IMG/VR virus record: IMGVR_UViG_2617270876_000003
Span: 96,001-160,000 of that record
Length of the DNA: 64,000 nucleotides
Strand: one strand, 5' to 3'
From: a virus
Lineage: Duplodnaviria > Caudoviricetes
Position numbers and translations under genes: made by a program. Below the pieces are notes generated by a model, which searched no databases, was not told the DNA's origin, and saw only the letters and a program-made list of their open reading frames with translations. Of this stretch, positions 48,129-59,340 are shown piece by piece; the first letter of the stretch is position 1, and every line of letters starts with the position of its first letter.

Positions 48129-49897
48129 GTGGGTATAAAAACTTTCAAGTGTCTCGAAATAAAGCTCACAAAGGTAACAATATCTTTAATAAAAGCAGAA
48201 ATTTTAATAAAGGCCCAGATAAAAGTCAAAAATTAATGACTGGGATTGGAATATGGACAAGTTTTTATCGTTCAAACCCCCATCGCTTTGCAAAAGAGTA
48301 TTTAGGTATTAGTCTTAAGTTATTTCAAGTAATTCTGATTTTTATGATGAATTACTCCAACTATTTTATGTATCTCGCCAGCCGCGGCCAAGGAAAAACG
48401 TTTTTAACTTCCATTTATTGTGTAATTCGTTGCATTTTATGGCCCGAAACTAAAATAGTTGTTGCATCAGGAAATATGAAGCAAGCTAGAGAAGTTATAG
48501 AGAAGATTGATGATTTAAAGAAAAATTCACCTAACCTATCAAGAGAAATAAGTGATTTGTCAACATCTTCTAATGACCCCAAGGTTGAATTTCATAATGG
48601 TAGTTGGATTAAGGTTGTTGCCTCTAACGACGGGGCGAGAAGTAAAAGAGCCAACTGTATTATCGTTGATGAGTTTCGAATGGTTGATCTAAACATTATT
48701 AATAAGGTACTCCGAAAGTTTCTAACCGCTCCACGCCAACCAAAATATTTAAATATCCCCGAATATGCTCATCTACAAGAAAGAAATAAAGAAATATATC
48801 TCTCCTCTGCGTGGTATCAATTTCATTGGTCTTGGACAAAACTTAAAGCTTTCGTAAAAGCAATGACAATTGGAAAAAACTATTTCATATGTGGCCTACC
48901 CTATCAATTAGCAATTAAGGAAAGTCTGCTAATGAAGGATCAGGTGCTAGATGAGATGTCAGAGGATGACTTCGATGAAGTGGGATTTTATATGGAGATG
49001 GGATGTTTATTCTTTGGTGAATCAGAAAAAGCATTCTATAAATTCGAAGATCTTGAAAAAAACAGAAGATTAGTTCAAGCTGTATACCCCAAGCCATACT
49101 ATGGATTAATTAAAGACGCTTCATTTAAATATACTCCAAAAAAAGAAGGAGAAATTCGACTTCTATGTTGTGATATTGCAACAATGGAAGGTAAGGAAAA
49201 CGATGCGTCTGCATATACAATGATCAGATTAATACCAAATTCAAAAGGTTTAGATCGCTATATCTCATATATGGAAAGTATGACTGGAGGACATACTGTT
49301 ACTCAGGCTGTTAGAATAAGACAGTTATTCGATGATCTAGATTGCGACTATTTGGTTCTGGATACTCAAAGTGCTGGTATGGGTATTTTTGATAATTTAG
49401 TGATACCTCTATCTGATAGAGAAAGAGGTATTGAATACGAGCCTTGGACCTGTATTAACGACGATAGAATGGCAGAAAGATGTACTTATTCATCTGCTCC
49501 AAAGATAATATACAGTGTTAAGGCTGGTCAGCAGTTAAATAGCGAAGCGGCAATTGGACTAAGAGATAATTTAAAACGAGGAAAGGTTCGTTTATTAATT
49601 AACGACAAAGAAGCGCGAGATCATTTAAAAAGCCTTAAGGGCTACAGTTCTTTACCGATAGAAACGCAAGCGAGATTTGAAAACACGTTTATTCAAACAA
49701 CTCTCTTAGTCAATGAGATGATTAACCTTGAAGGCGATAGGAATGATAATGGTACAGTAAAATTGAAGGAGCCTTCAGGTAAACGTAAGGATAGATATAG
49801 TTCTGTGTCATATGGAAACTATATTGCTTCACTTATTGAGCGCAAACTACAGTCAGTTGATGACTACGATGACGAAGATGAACTTGTATACTATTAA
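48125..49897 (+). CDS. terL: Terminase large subunit (YonF-like)
   Basis: [14 protein letters not shown] and YLSSA ATPase motifs; CCDIA and KDRYSS nuclease motifs. Confidence 0.9.
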   Translation: MSGYKNFQVSRNKAHKGNNIFNKSRNFNKGPDKSQKLMTGIGIWTSFYRSNPHRFAKEYLGISLKLFQVILIFMMNYSNYFMYLASRGQGKTFLTSIYCVIRCILWPETKIVVASGNMKQAREVIEKIDDLKKNSPNLSREISDLSTSSNDPKVEFHNGSWIKVVASNDGARSKRANCIIVDEFRMVDLNIINKVLRKFLTAPRQPKYLNIPEYAHLQERNKEIYLSSAWYQFHWSWTKLKAFVKAMTIGKNYFICGLPYQLAIKESLLMKDQVLDEMSEDDFDEVGFYMEMGCLFFGESEKAFYKFEDLEKNRRLVQAVYPKPYYGLIKDASFKYTPKKEGEIRLLCCDIATMEGKENDASAYTMIRLIPNSKGLDRYISYMESMTGGHTVTQAVRIRQLFDDLDCDYLVLDTQSAGMGIFDNLVIPLSDRERGIEYEPWTCINDDRMAERCTYSSAPKIIYSVKAGQQLNSEAAIGLRDNLKRGKVRLLINDKEARDHLKSLKGYSSLPIETQARFENTFIQTTLLVNEMINLEGDRNDNGTVKLKEPSGKRKDRYSSVSYGNYIASLIERKLQSVDDYDDEDELVYY

Positions 49898-49938
49898 TAT
49901 AAATATTTTTGTTATAAATAATAACAATAAGTCTGGAG

Positions 49939-51489
49939 GTGATTTTATTTTTGGCAAATAACCAAATTAATACTAATACAAACGACCCAACTCTTGAACG
50001 AGAATTTAATACATATGAAGAATACCTATCTACTTTTGTTGAAGGTTTTATGTCTCAAATTTTCTCAAGTGGAATCATAGACGAAATTGACATCAAGAAA
50101 CTTCAATCATACTTTGCAAATCCAGATAAGTATCAAAATGAGTTAGAAAAAATAGCTCAATACTTTTATATTGCTAGTGCTGAAGTGTTTCAATTGTTTG
50201 AATTAGTAAAAATACTTCCTACACTCAACCACAAGATTAATGTTTTTGATAAAAATAAAAATTATGAAAAGAATCTTTCAATTTGTAATAAATTTTTATA
50301 TAAAATCAAACATAAAACTTTGACTAGAGATATTTTAATGCAAGAGATTACTGCGGGAACTCTAGTTGGTATGTGGTTGGGTGAAAAGAAAAGGTTCCAC
50401 CCATATATTTTTGATGATTTAAAATACATCTTCCCCGCCTATCGTAAAAACGGTGATTGGATAGCAGTAATAGATTTGGAATGGTTCACATCTATGAAGG
50501 AAGATGAAAGAAAAATCCAATTTGAAAATTTAAAGCCATATGTAACTGAGGCAATGTATGAAAATTTCTTAACAGACAAAAGTAATACTGATCTAAAGTA
50601 TATTGAATTGCCTCAAGAAAGAACATTTATTTTAAGAACTCATACAACTAAAAGAAATCAGCGTCTTGGTATTAACTGGTCTACAACTGGACTATTTGAT
50701 TTGATTCATAAATCAAAACTTAAAAATATGGAAAAGTCGGTTGCTAATAAAATTATCAATGCTATTGCTGTTCTTACAATAGGGAGTTCAGATAATAATG
50801 GTGAAAATTCAAACTTAAAGCTCAAGCCAACAATTAAGAAAAAGATACATAACGGAGTTAAGGCGGCTCTTGAAAAAAATCAATCCAGTGGAGTAACGGT
50901 TGTATCTGTTCCTGACTATGCCAGTATTGATTTTCCAGATATGAAATCGGAGGCACTAGATCCTAAAAAGTTTGAATCTGTAAATAATGACATTCAGTCT
51001 TCTTATGGTCTATCGTCTGCTGTTTTGAATGGTGCCGGAGGAAACTTTGCTTCTGCAAAATTAAATCTAGAAACTATGTATAAACGAATCGCAGTATTAC
51101 TTGAAGATATTGAACAAGAGGTTTATGGAAAACTATTTAATTTAATCTTGTCAAGTGCCGATTCAGATAATTACGTCATGGAATATGATAAGCAAATGCC
51201 TATATCTGGAGATAAAAGACTTGATGCTCTCTTTAAATTGCATTCAGAAGGTTTCGCTGTTAAGCATATTGTTGATTCTTTGGATGGTATTCAATTCGAT
51301 GATTTCATCAACCAAAGTTTATACGAATCTGAAGTCATGAAATTAATAGAAAAGATTAAGCCATATCAAACAAGTTATACAACTAATAGTAATACAAATG
51401 GAAGAGATGCAATTGATGACTCTAGTCTAGAAAATGAAAACACCATAAAATCTAGAACGACTGACGCGAATAATACCCCAGAGTCCTAG
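49939..51489 (+). CDS. Portal protein (YonE-like)
   Basis: About 516 aa directly after terL; GGNFASAKLN motif. Confidence 0.75.
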   Translation: MILFLANNQINTNTNDPTLEREFNTYEEYLSTFVEGFMSQIFSSGIIDEIDIKKLQSYFANPDKYQNELEKIAQYFYIASAEVFQLFELVKILPTLNHKINVFDKNKNYEKNLSICNKFLYKIKHKTLTRDILMQEITAGTLVGMWLGEKKRFHPYIFDDLKYIFPAYRKNGDWIAVIDLEWFTSMKEDERKIQFENLKPYVTEAMYENFLTDKSNTDLKYIELPQERTFILRTHTTKRNQRLGINWSTTGLFDLIHKSKLKNMEKSVANKIINAIAVLTIGSSDNNGENSNLKLKPTIKKKIHNGVKAALEKNQSSGVTVVSVPDYASIDFPDMKSEALDPKKFESVNNDIQSSYGLSSAVLNGAGGNFASAKLNLETMYKRIAVLLEDIEQEVYGKLFNLILSSADSDNYVMEYDKQMPISGDKRLDALFKLHSEGFAVKHIVDSLDGIQFDDFINQSLYESEVMKLIEKIKPYQTSYTTNSNTNGRDAIDDSSLENENTIKSRTTDANNTPES

Positions 51490-51503
51490 AAAGGAGGTGA
51501 AAA

Positions 51504-52973
51504 ATGAACAAAAAACAAGAATTAAATCTTAAACTCAATTCATTTGTAAAGACAGATGACCCCACATTACTAAAAGCAACTTATATTATTCTAGATTTTG
51601 ATAAATCATGGAATAACTCCGTTGTTAGTAAAGAAGTTGCACTAGAATTAGGGGAAACAATTATCAACAAACCTCTTGTTGCTAGATACATTCCCGTTGA
51701 AGAACCAAACACTAACACGGACAACTTTACTGGACACGAGGCAAAAATAAGCACAAACAAGTATGGTGATAAAACAGTCATCACTGATACTGTTCCGATT
51801 GGAGTTTTTACTACAAAAGGATATCTTCTTACCGTTGAAGAAAATGGTGAAGATAAAGAAGTGTTGGCTGCTGATGCTGTACTGTGGCGCTCTCGTTTCA
51901 GCGATGCATGTGATTTGCTTTTAGAGTGGTATAACAGAGGGATAAATATAAATACAAGTTGTGAATTCTTATATTCTAATTTCTCCGTTCAAGATGGTGT
52001 TGAATATATTAATTCTCCCGTTTATTTTGAGGGGCATTGTCATCTTGCTGCCGAAGAACGTGGTGAACAAGGTGTTGTACTCCCTGCTTACGATTCTTCT
52101 AAATTGTTGAGTTTTAATGAGTTTAATATGTTTAATAAACTGATTGCAGAATCACTTTTGCAATCTAAAAATAATATTGATGAACTAGAAGGTGAAAAGG
52201 TGTTATTTAAAAAAGTATTCGAATTGTCGCATAGCGATATTAGAAGTAAGATTTATCAAGTTCTTGACCCCACTCTTCCAGATGGCACTTATTCATATAT
52301 CATTGACACCTATGACAATCATTTTGTTGTAGAACTAGATGATGCAGATGGATACAAATACTATGATTTTGCCTATTCTAAAACCGAAGATGATCAAGTT
52401 GTAATTGATTTTGATTCTAAAGCGGAAGTAGTGGAAAAACGCGAATGGGTAAAACTGGATACAACTGTTGCCCTACAAACTCAACTGAATGAGTCTAAAA
52501 ATACTATTAAAGATTTAGAAATTAAACTTTCGGAAGCTAATGGTTCAATTAAGGCTCTTACAACCGAGAAAACATCTTTGAATGAAGCTAATACTTCTTT
52601 TAGTAATGAGATTACCACTCTCCGTGCTGAGGTTGAAACTTTAAAACCATATAAAGAAAATTATGAAGCAGAAGAACTAAATAAATCAATTAATGAAATG
52701 TCTAGTTTTTACTCTGCAAAATTCAGTGCTGTGTCTGCTATTGAAAAATTTGAGTCTGAAGAAGTTCAGAATCTTATTAAGAATTCTGTTTATGATAGCG
52801 AAGTTGGCACAGAAGCAAAATTCAAGCTCAATAATATGCTTGTAGAATTAATGCAAGTAGAAACTGAAACACCAAAACCATCTGTTGCGACTCCTGTACC
52901 AATCAGAGAGTTTTCAAGTCGTATGGAAAATCTGATTCCTGCGTCGAATGATTTTGATAGTAAATATAAATAA
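51504..52973 (+). CDS. Prohead protease/scaffold protein (YonD-like)
   Basis: N-terminal protease-like domain, C-terminal coiled coil; synteny. Confidence 0.65.
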   Translation: MNKKQELNLKLNSFVKTDDPTLLKATYIILDFDKSWNNSVVSKEVALELGETIINKPLVARYIPVEEPNTNTDNFTGHEAKISTNKYGDKTVITDTVPIGVFTTKGYLLTVEENGEDKEVLAADAVLWRSRFSDACDLLLEWYNRGININTSCEFLYSNFSVQDGVEYINSPVYFEGHCHLAAEERGEQGVVLPAYDSSKLLSFNEFNMFNKLIAESLLQSKNNIDELEGEKVLFKKVFELSHSDIRSKIYQVLDPTLPDGTYSYIIDTYDNHFVVELDDADGYKYYDFAYSKTEDDQVVIDFDSKAEVVEKREWVKLDTTVALQTQLNESKNTIKDLEIKLSEANGSIKALTTEKTSLNEANTSFSNEITTLRAEVETLKPYKENYEAEELNKSINEMSSFYSAKFSAVSAIEKFESEEVQNLIKNSVYDSEVGTEAKFKLNNMLVELMQVETETPKPSVATPVPIREFSSRMENLIPASNDFDSKYK

Positions 52974-52991
52974 TTTGGAGGTATTTTATAA

Positions 52992-53519
52992 ATGGCAACT
53001 CAACGTTTTAATGCATTAACCCAACAAGGAACTCATCATGTAGGAACTCTTTCCAGTTGGAAAGTCAAAGATATCGCTAATGGTGCGATTGTTACTTCAA
53101 CCCCAGTAGACAACTATACTATCGTAGAGCTAGATTTTGATGTTGACGGTAATCGGACATGTAAACAACTTTCTGCCGTAACTAAAAAGCAGTATCTCAT
53201 TGCTGCTGTAGAGCGCCGTTATCTAGGTGAGTCTCTTTCTGAGTTCTATAATGCCGTAGGAGAACCTGCGCGAATTGTTGTTCTTGAGCAAGGGCTTAGA
53301 TTTGAAACTTCTGCCTTTACGCTGAATACTGGAGTGACTGATGTGGTCAAAGGGCTTGTTGCTCACTTTGATCCAGCTAGTAAAACATATATCTTGTCTA
53401 CTGTTGGTGCCCCTCACGCTGATTATGCAAATGCATCTACAAAATTTATTGTTGCGGCTGACGATGAGGATACGGCCCTCAACCTGGGAAAAGAAACTAT
53501 TAGACTGGAAGTACAATAA
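52992..53519 (+). CDS. Capsid decoration/minor head protein (YonC-like)
   Basis: Position between scaffold and major capsid genes. Confidence 0.55.
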   Translation: MATQRFNALTQQGTHHVGTLSSWKVKDIANGAIVTSTPVDNYTIVELDFDVDGNRTCKQLSAVTKKQYLIAAVERRYLGESLSEFYNAVGEPARIVVLEQGLRFETSAFTLNTGVTDVVKGLVAHFDPASKTYILSTVGAPHADYANASTKFIVAADDEDTALNLGKETIRLEVQ

Positions 53520-53551
53520 TTAAGTACATATCATTAGGAGGAAAATAATAA

Positions 53552-54568
53552 ATGCTATACGACGATCAAAAAATTAAAGGGCTTTTTAGCCGAGTACTTG
53601 ATACAAAAAATACATCTAACGATGACGCAGAAGATATCAAAGCCTACTGTTCTAAAGTTTTTGGTGATGGTTCTAAAACACCCGACCCTTCTATGCTACA
53701 TCAATTTAACAATCTGATTGTTGAAGAAGCCGATAAAATTGTTAAACCAAAAGCAACAAAAGTGCTCGATCTGTTGGCTGCGTTTGTCCCTCGCAATCGT
53801 GGAGATATTTATCAGTACAATATTTCGAAAGAACATAAAGCAAAAGTTGTTTGGGCCGCACTTGGAACTGGAGTAGACCTTATTCGCGTTGACGGTAAGA
53901 AGTCCAAAGTGGCTACACCAGCAAGCTTCCAAACTGGTTTTTCTTATGAGCCACTTGACTTGGTAAATGACTCCATTGAAAACTTCCGTAAGTTGGTTGA
54001 CGATGTTGGAGAAGCAAAGATTCGTCTATACATGCAGCAAGTTAGCAAACTCATGCAAGCAGCTATTTCTGCTGGAGATATTCCTGCCGCCAATGTGAAG
54101 ACTGGTTCAAACCTTGGGCTTGCAGATTACAACAAAGTAGCTTCTACTCTACAAAGATATGGTGGTCGTCCGGTATTTGTGGCCGATACTCTTCTTATCG
54201 ATTATTTTGCTCAACAAGCTACGGGTGCAGGATATAAAGATCTTCTCACTGACGATCTTCGTACAGAACTGCGCACCGCTCTCAATCCGACATCCATCGG
54301 TCGAACCACTGCTGTTAATCTTGTTAATCCTTTCACGGACGAAACAAACAGCAAAGTTGAAATTCCTGTTAATGAAGGGTATATGATGGCTGGAGCAGTT
54401 AATCAGAAGCCATTCATTATTGTTGAATATGGTGGTATGAGACAATACACCGAGCAAGATCCTAGTGACGAAAGAATTAAACTAAAAATCACTCAAGAGG
54501 CAGCCATCGAATTGCTCTATGGCGAAGCTATTGGTTACATCAAAGAAGATGCGGCAGTAAATCTATAG
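53552..54568 (+). CDS. Major capsid protein (YonB-like)
   Basis: 338 aa, strong RBS, followed by a terminator; synteny. Confidence 0.75.
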   Translation: MLYDDQKIKGLFSRVLDTKNTSNDDAEDIKAYCSKVFGDGSKTPDPSMLHQFNNLIVEEADKIVKPKATKVLDLLAAFVPRNRGDIYQYNISKEHKAKVVWAALGTGVDLIRVDGKKSKVATPASFQTGFSYEPLDLVNDSIENFRKLVDDVGEAKIRLYMQQVSKLMQAAISAGDIPAANVKTGSNLGLADYNKVASTLQRYGGRPVFVADTLLIDYFAQQATGAGYKDLLTDDLRTELRTALNPTSIGRTTAVNLVNPFTDETNSKVEIPVNEGYMMAGAVNQKPFIIVEYGGMRQYTEQDPSDERIKLKITQEAAIELLYGEAIGYIKEDAAVNL

Positions 54569-54582
54569 TTTAAAATTAACTT

Positions 54583-54612
54583 AGGTAGGAGATAAAATAA
54601 CTATCTCCTACC
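54583..54612 (+). terminator. Hairpin after the capsid gene
   Basis: AGGTAGGAGATA...TATCTCCTACCT. Confidence 0.7.
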
Positions 54613-54637
54613 TATCAAACTAATAAGGGGAGTCAGT

Positions 54638-55105
54638 ATGGAAAAAATTATTAAAGTGGCGAGATATAGAAATACTCCATATGTCTTTAATTTTATTGGC
54701 AATGGCGGAACCAAAAGATATGAGTGGTCGGGTAGTAAGGGGAATAAATTTGATACAAAACAATTGCCCGAGGAAGCAGTTGATTGGCTTATGATGAATA
54801 GCGAATGTTTTAGAAAAGGCGAGCTTGTTATTATCGAAGATAGTGAAGAATCCAAGGAAATTATCGAAAATTTGGGTGGAGATTTAGATGAATATAAAAG
54901 TAATATCCACACAAAAGAAGAAATCTTAAAGATTCTTCAAGGTAATTATATGAAGATGCAAAAAGAACTTTTTGAAATTACGGTAGCCTCTGAGAAGAAA
55001 TTTGTTATTGATATTGCCAAAGAAATTGGAGATGACCTATCTGGCGGTAAACTAAAATTTTTAGCTGAATGGATGGATATCCCGCAAGACGTTTTGTTCG
55101 GTTAA
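54638..55105 (+). CDS. Head-associated hypothetical protein
   Basis: Synteny. Confidence 0.6.
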   Translation: MEKIIKVARYRNTPYVFNFIGNGGTKRYEWSGSKGNKFDTKQLPEEAVDWLMMNSECFRKGELVIIEDSEESKEIIENLGGDLDEYKSNIHTKEEILKILQGNYMKMQKELFEITVASEKKFVIDIAKEIGDDLSGGKLKFLAEWMDIPQDVLFG

Positions 55106-55119
55106 TTGTAGGTGATTAA

Positions 55120-55515
55120 GTGACAACATATGATGAGTTATATGAATCCTTTTTGTCAAAATGCAAAGTTGATGATATTGACCTTCCATCCGATAATTCA
55201 AAGATATATACATTTATCAAAAGTTCAATTAGTGACTACAACAACAGATTGAGAGACAACATCGTCTGTAACGATGATACTGAGTCTATTGACAGAGCAT
55301 TGAATGATGATGAACTTTTATTAATCACAAAATATATGAGATGGAACTTACTTAAAAACCAACTTACATACTTTGCTAGTGTATGGCAACCATTTAGTAA
55401 AGATTTAGGTTTGAAAAATTATCAATCGCAAATCAAAGCTCTTGAAGGTTTGGTAAATAACGAAAAAAATGAAATAGAACAAGTAATCATTAACACTATC
55501 GATGACTTTATGTGA
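55120..55515 (+). CDS. Putative head-tail connector
   Basis: MTTYDELYESFL start; synteny. Confidence 0.55.
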   Translation: MTTYDELYESFLSKCKVDDIDLPSDNSKIYTFIKSSISDYNNRLRDNIVCNDDTESIDRALNDDELLLITKYMRWNLLKNQLTYFASVWQPFSKDLGLKNYQSQIKALEGLVNNEKNEIEQVIINTIDDFM

Positions 55516-55527
55516 GCAGGTGTTAAG

Positions 55528-56721
55528 ATGAAAAATTATTCTAATTATCATGGAAAAAAAATAGACAAGTTAAGAGATAATGCTCAAAGACTCATTCAAT
55601 CATCTATAATGGACAGCTTAGATTCCCAAGACGTACTCGTTAATGGTGAAAATAAGCGACTAATAATAAATGATAAGTATTCTGCTTCTCAACAACTAAA
55701 ATATATGATAGGTGAAACTATTGATTCACTTTATTATGGTGATGTTGTTGAACTACAGAATGGTGAAAATTGGATAATATGCAGTTATGAAACTGAAAAT
55801 CAATTCTATAAAAAATGGATAGCTACTTTGTGCAACTTCAATTTAAAATGGATAGATGAAAATGGCATAATTCAATCTTATCTATCTGTACTAACAAGCA
55901 CTAGATCGAGTAATGGTATTGAAGAAGATAATATTATGACACTTCCTATTGGACGTAGACATGTCATTGTTCAGTTGAATGAGCATACCAAAAAGCTAGA
56001 CAGAGGAAGACGATTTATCATTGGCGGAGAAGCTTTCAAGGTTGTAGATATTGATCATATGAGTGTTAAAGGTCTCGTTAATCTAAGCTTACAATCGTCT
56101 GGAGACTTAAATCCCGCAAAGGATAATCTAGAATTAGAAATTGCAGATTATTATGGCAATGTTGCTAATTATAAGATTGAAATTCTTAATGGTTATTTTT
56201 CAACAATAAGTGAAGATCAGTCTTTGCAACTAAATGTTGCCGTGACTAATAATAACATTCCTATCCTCTCCCCTACCCTATTTTATACTTCAAGCGATGA
56301 GTCTATTGCGGAAGTGAATCCCCAAGGGGTTATTGTTCCCAAGACAAATGGCACAGTCACCATTAGAGCAAGTTTTAAAGATGTGTCTTCTGAGATTGAG
56401 ATTAGCGTAACTGAATCAACTGCTTATAGTTATACTTGTGAAATTATCGGAAGCAGCGAAATTAAAATTGGAAGAACTCAAACCTATACTGCAAAGTTTT
56501 ATCGTAATGGGGTTGAATATCCTGATGAAAGTAGATTTTCATTAAGTGCTGATGATGGTGTGTCTGATACAAATTTCGCTACAATTTCAACTCAAGATAA
56601 TTCTGCTCATATATGCTCGATTCTTGCAGGAGATAATATTGGTTATTTCTGGTTGCATGTAAAAAACCAAAATGGACTCTCTGAGTCAAAAATAAGAATT
56701 AAAATTAAACCGTTATATTAA
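55528..56721 (+). CDS. Neck/head-closure protein with Ig-like (Big_2) domain
   Basis: YTSSDESIAEV..G......GTVTIRAS motif. Confidence 0.65.
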   Translation: MKNYSNYHGKKIDKLRDNAQRLIQSSIMDSLDSQDVLVNGENKRLIINDKYSASQQLKYMIGETIDSLYYGDVVELQNGENWIICSYETENQFYKKWIATLCNFNLKWIDENGIIQSYLSVLTSTRSSNGIEEDNIMTLPIGRRHVIVQLNEHTKKLDRGRRFIIGGEAFKVVDIDHMSVKGLVNLSLQSSGDLNPAKDNLELEIADYYGNVANYKIEILNGYFSTISEDQSLQLNVAVTNNNIPILSPTLFYTSSDESIAEVNPQGVIVPKTNGTVTIRASFKDVSSEIEISVTESTAYSYTCEIIGSSEIKIGRTQTYTAKFYRNGVEYPDESRFSLSADDGVSDTNFATISTQDNSAHICSILAGDNIGYFWLHVKNQNGLSESKIRIKIKPLY

Positions 56722-56733
56722 GGAGCGTGAAAC

Positions 56734-57246
56734 ATGAGTTCAGCAATTGTTCGCTTCGGTGAGCTTAAAGTTGATTCATTTGTACAAGGAGTCGTAAATA
56801 ATTGGCTAGTTTATAGTCCTCTCCCCTACTCTAAGCAACATTCAAGCGGACTAGATGGAGACATTGTTATTAGTGCTACTCCAACGGTAGAGATTATTGA
56901 TGCAGATTTGGATGTTGCTATTGATCCGCAATATGCTTATGCGTATTCCATTGCAACAGATAATAAATTGAAGATTGTATTCGATAAAGTGAAACACCCT
57001 GATAAGGGCAGCGCACTTGAAGCGCTGAAATGTATTAGTGTTTCATATGAATTGGGACATCTTACTCCTAATGGTGGGCTATATATTGCCATCTTTAGAA
57101 ATTCTCTAGGAGAAGAAATTCATCGTACAACACCTATGTCGTTGACTCAATGTACAACTGTCATTTCAACATTTAATGATACCAGACAAGTTGATACAGG
57201 TGGCTATTTGAAGTGTGAGGTAGTACCAGACTTCGTTGTTAGTTGA
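56734..57246 (+). CDS. Putative structural protein
   Basis: ORF in the structural module. Confidence 0.55.
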   Translation: MSSAIVRFGELKVDSFVQGVVNNWLVYSPLPYSKQHSSGLDGDIVISATPTVEIIDADLDVAIDPQYAYAYSIATDNKLKIVFDKVKHPDKGSALEALKCISVSYELGHLTPNGGLYIAIFRNSLGEEIHRTTPMSLTQCTTVISTFNDTRQVDTGGYLKCEVVPDFVVS

Positions 57247-57257
57247 GGTGATTATGA

Positions 57258-57731
57258 TTGTCATTTCTCAAAGAGATAACTGAATACAAAAAAACTGTCA
57301 TTAAAAGGCTAATCAATGATAATGGCTTGTGCAAGGCAATATTCTATAACGACGAGGATTTTCTTGATCGTGAGGATGTAATTCATACTGATGATTTAAT
57401 TTATAACAATGTCTACCCTCATCGTTTTATCCCCGAGGTAACTTCCACAGCTAAAACATACATTACTGTCTCCTGTACAGATTATAGGCCATCTGGAAAC
57501 AGTTTTAAAAACGGCATGTTGAATATTTATATGTTCACACATCGCGACTTATTTAAGACAGACTATGGATATACTCGTATGGATTATGTGATGACTAAAG
57601 TTGAAGAATTGATAAATGGTGAAAGAGGAATTGGAGTTGGCGAATTAGGATTCGGTGGTCTGAATGAATACATAGTTAATGAAAAGTTTCAAGGATATGT
57701 TCTTACCTACAGACTAGTGGATTTTAATTGA
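57258..57731 (+). CDS. Putative tail terminator/completion protein
   Basis: Synteny; RMDYV...VEELING. Confidence 0.5.
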   Translation: MSFLKEITEYKKTVIKRLINDNGLCKAIFYNDEDFLDREDVIHTDDLIYNNVYPHRFIPEVTSTAKTYITVSCTDYRPSGNSFKNGMLNIYMFTHRDLFKTDYGYTRMDYVMTKVEELINGERGIGVGELGFGGLNEYIVNEKFQGYVLTYRLVDFN

Positions 57732-58456
57732 TGGTTGAAGCAGTTGAAGGCATTGAAGACATTGAACTAAAACTCTTGCTCGGTCAGCCTGTTTTCATTA
57801 ATAATATCTATATCTTTTCTCCTTTGTTAAAAGATGTGATAGAAAATGGATACACAGCCTACAATCAAGCCCTCTCCTCTCTTCTGTTTGATAAAAATAA
57901 ATTCCCTGAGTTGAAAAATTTAGAGCAATCTAATTTAGACTTCATAATCTATTTTTTTGAAAAAGATATTAGATTCAGGGAATCATTTAAACTTGGTTCA
58001 AAACTGATGTTTAAAGAGGATGTTTTTGTAGATATCATTGATGATTACCCATCTCTTCGTATAGGGGAACATCAAATTTCAGATGAGACAATCGAATCAA
58101 TTCAGAAAATAGTGAAGTTTGCAAATAAAGTTCCTGATAAGAGCGAGGAAGAATTTAACCCCGCAAACTCCAAGGCTGAAGAGTTTATTAAAAAGATTAT
58201 GGGTGATAGAGCAAAGAAACCTCAGAAGAAACCTATCAATAATTTACATAGTCTTATATCTGGTTTAGCTTGGAAATCACATAATATATCCATTTTAGAT
58301 ATGGAAAAATTAACAATATATCAATTTTATGATGGATATTTCAGATTAGAAAATATCGATCACTACAACAACATAATGATGGGAATATATTCTGGCAATA
58401 TTGATTCAACAAAAATAAAAATCCAAGAAAATACTTGGACTAAAATAATTAGATAA
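57728..58456 (+). CDS. Putative tail-associated protein
   Basis: LTIYQF...RL motif; synteny. Confidence 0.55.
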   Translation: MMVEAVEGIEDIELKLLLGQPVFINNIYIFSPLLKDVIENGYTAYNQALSSLLFDKNKFPELKNLEQSNLDFIIYFFEKDIRFRESFKLGSKLMFKEDVFVDIIDDYPSLRIGEHQISDETIESIQKIVKFANKVPDKSEEEFNPANSKAEEFIKKIMGDRAKKPQKKPINNLHSLISGLAWKSHNISILDMEKLTIYQFYDGYFRLENIDHYNNIMMGIYSGNIDSTKIKIQENTWTKIIR

Positions 58457-58472
58457 TGGAGGAAGTTAATAA

Positions 58473-59267
58473 ATGGCAGTAACAAATCGGTGGGCAATTC
58501 GTGATGTCGCAACGGCATCATTTTTTGATCAAGTTACAAAAAAACTGAGAGCACGGCTTGACAGTCTAAAGCAATCTGGCTTAGAAAATAGCGCTGACGT
58601 AGTATACAGTAACGGAGGAAGCGGCAACCCTAAATTAGTGGGATTTTCTGGAAATAAAGCAGCGAGATTCACTCTTCAAGATGCTTTGTTTACAAATGAG
58701 CTTATCGCTATGCTGCTTGGTACAGAAGTTATTACGGCAGCTACTCCTGTCACTACAAATGATATTTTGACAGTAAGTGCAGGAAGTGTAAATCTCGAAC
58801 ACACTCCTTCATCAACTGGCGCACTTGTTAGTGTAAGCAAATATCTTCCTGATGGCACTATTGGAGAAGGTTTTGATTATAATTCTTCCGCTCCATCTAC
58901 TGGTGAATATGGTGTTGCTAACAAAACAGTAACTTTTGCTACTGGTGATGTTGTAGATGGCGAGAAAGTTATTGTTTATTACAAAACAATGGCTGGTTCT
59001 GATACTAAGCAAATCAAGGCACAAACCGATAAATTTGCTGGTAGTTTTGAACTTGTTCTTGATGTTCTTGTTCGTGATGTGCTTACTAAGAAGGATTATG
59101 CGGCACAAATCACTATTCCATCAGCTAAGATTGAAGATAACTGGAGTATGGCTATGGCCCCTGATGGCGATCCTGCTGTTCAAGATATTGCAATGGAAGC
59201 TCTCGCAGTACCTGGTTCTAAAGATCTATATACAATGTACATTTTTGATGAAGACGACTTTGTTTAA
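58473..59267 (+). CDS. Major tail tube protein
   Basis: Thr/Ala/Gly-rich; GGSGNP and MAPDGDPA motifs; followed by a terminator. Confidence 0.7.
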   Translation: MAVTNRWAIRDVATASFFDQVTKKLRARLDSLKQSGLENSADVVYSNGGSGNPKLVGFSGNKAARFTLQDALFTNELIAMLLGTEVITAATPVTTNDILTVSAGSVNLEHTPSSTGALVSVSKYLPDGTIGEGFDYNSSAPSTGEYGVANKTVTFATGDVVDGEKVIVYYKTMAGSDTKQIKAQTDKFAGSFELVLDVLVRDVLTKKDYAAQITIPSAKIEDNWSMAMAPDGDPAVQDIAMEALAVPGSKDLYTMYIFDEDDFV

Positions 59268-59285
59268 TCAACGACATGGCATATA

Positions 59286-59320
59286 TGCGGTTGGGCACTA
59301 ATATGCCTAACCGCATTTTT
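59286..59320 (+). terminator. Intrinsic terminator
   Basis: ATGCGGTTGGGCA...TGCCTAACCGCAT followed by a T tract. Confidence 0.75.
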
Positions 59321-59340
59321 ATTTTAAAAGGGAGAATACA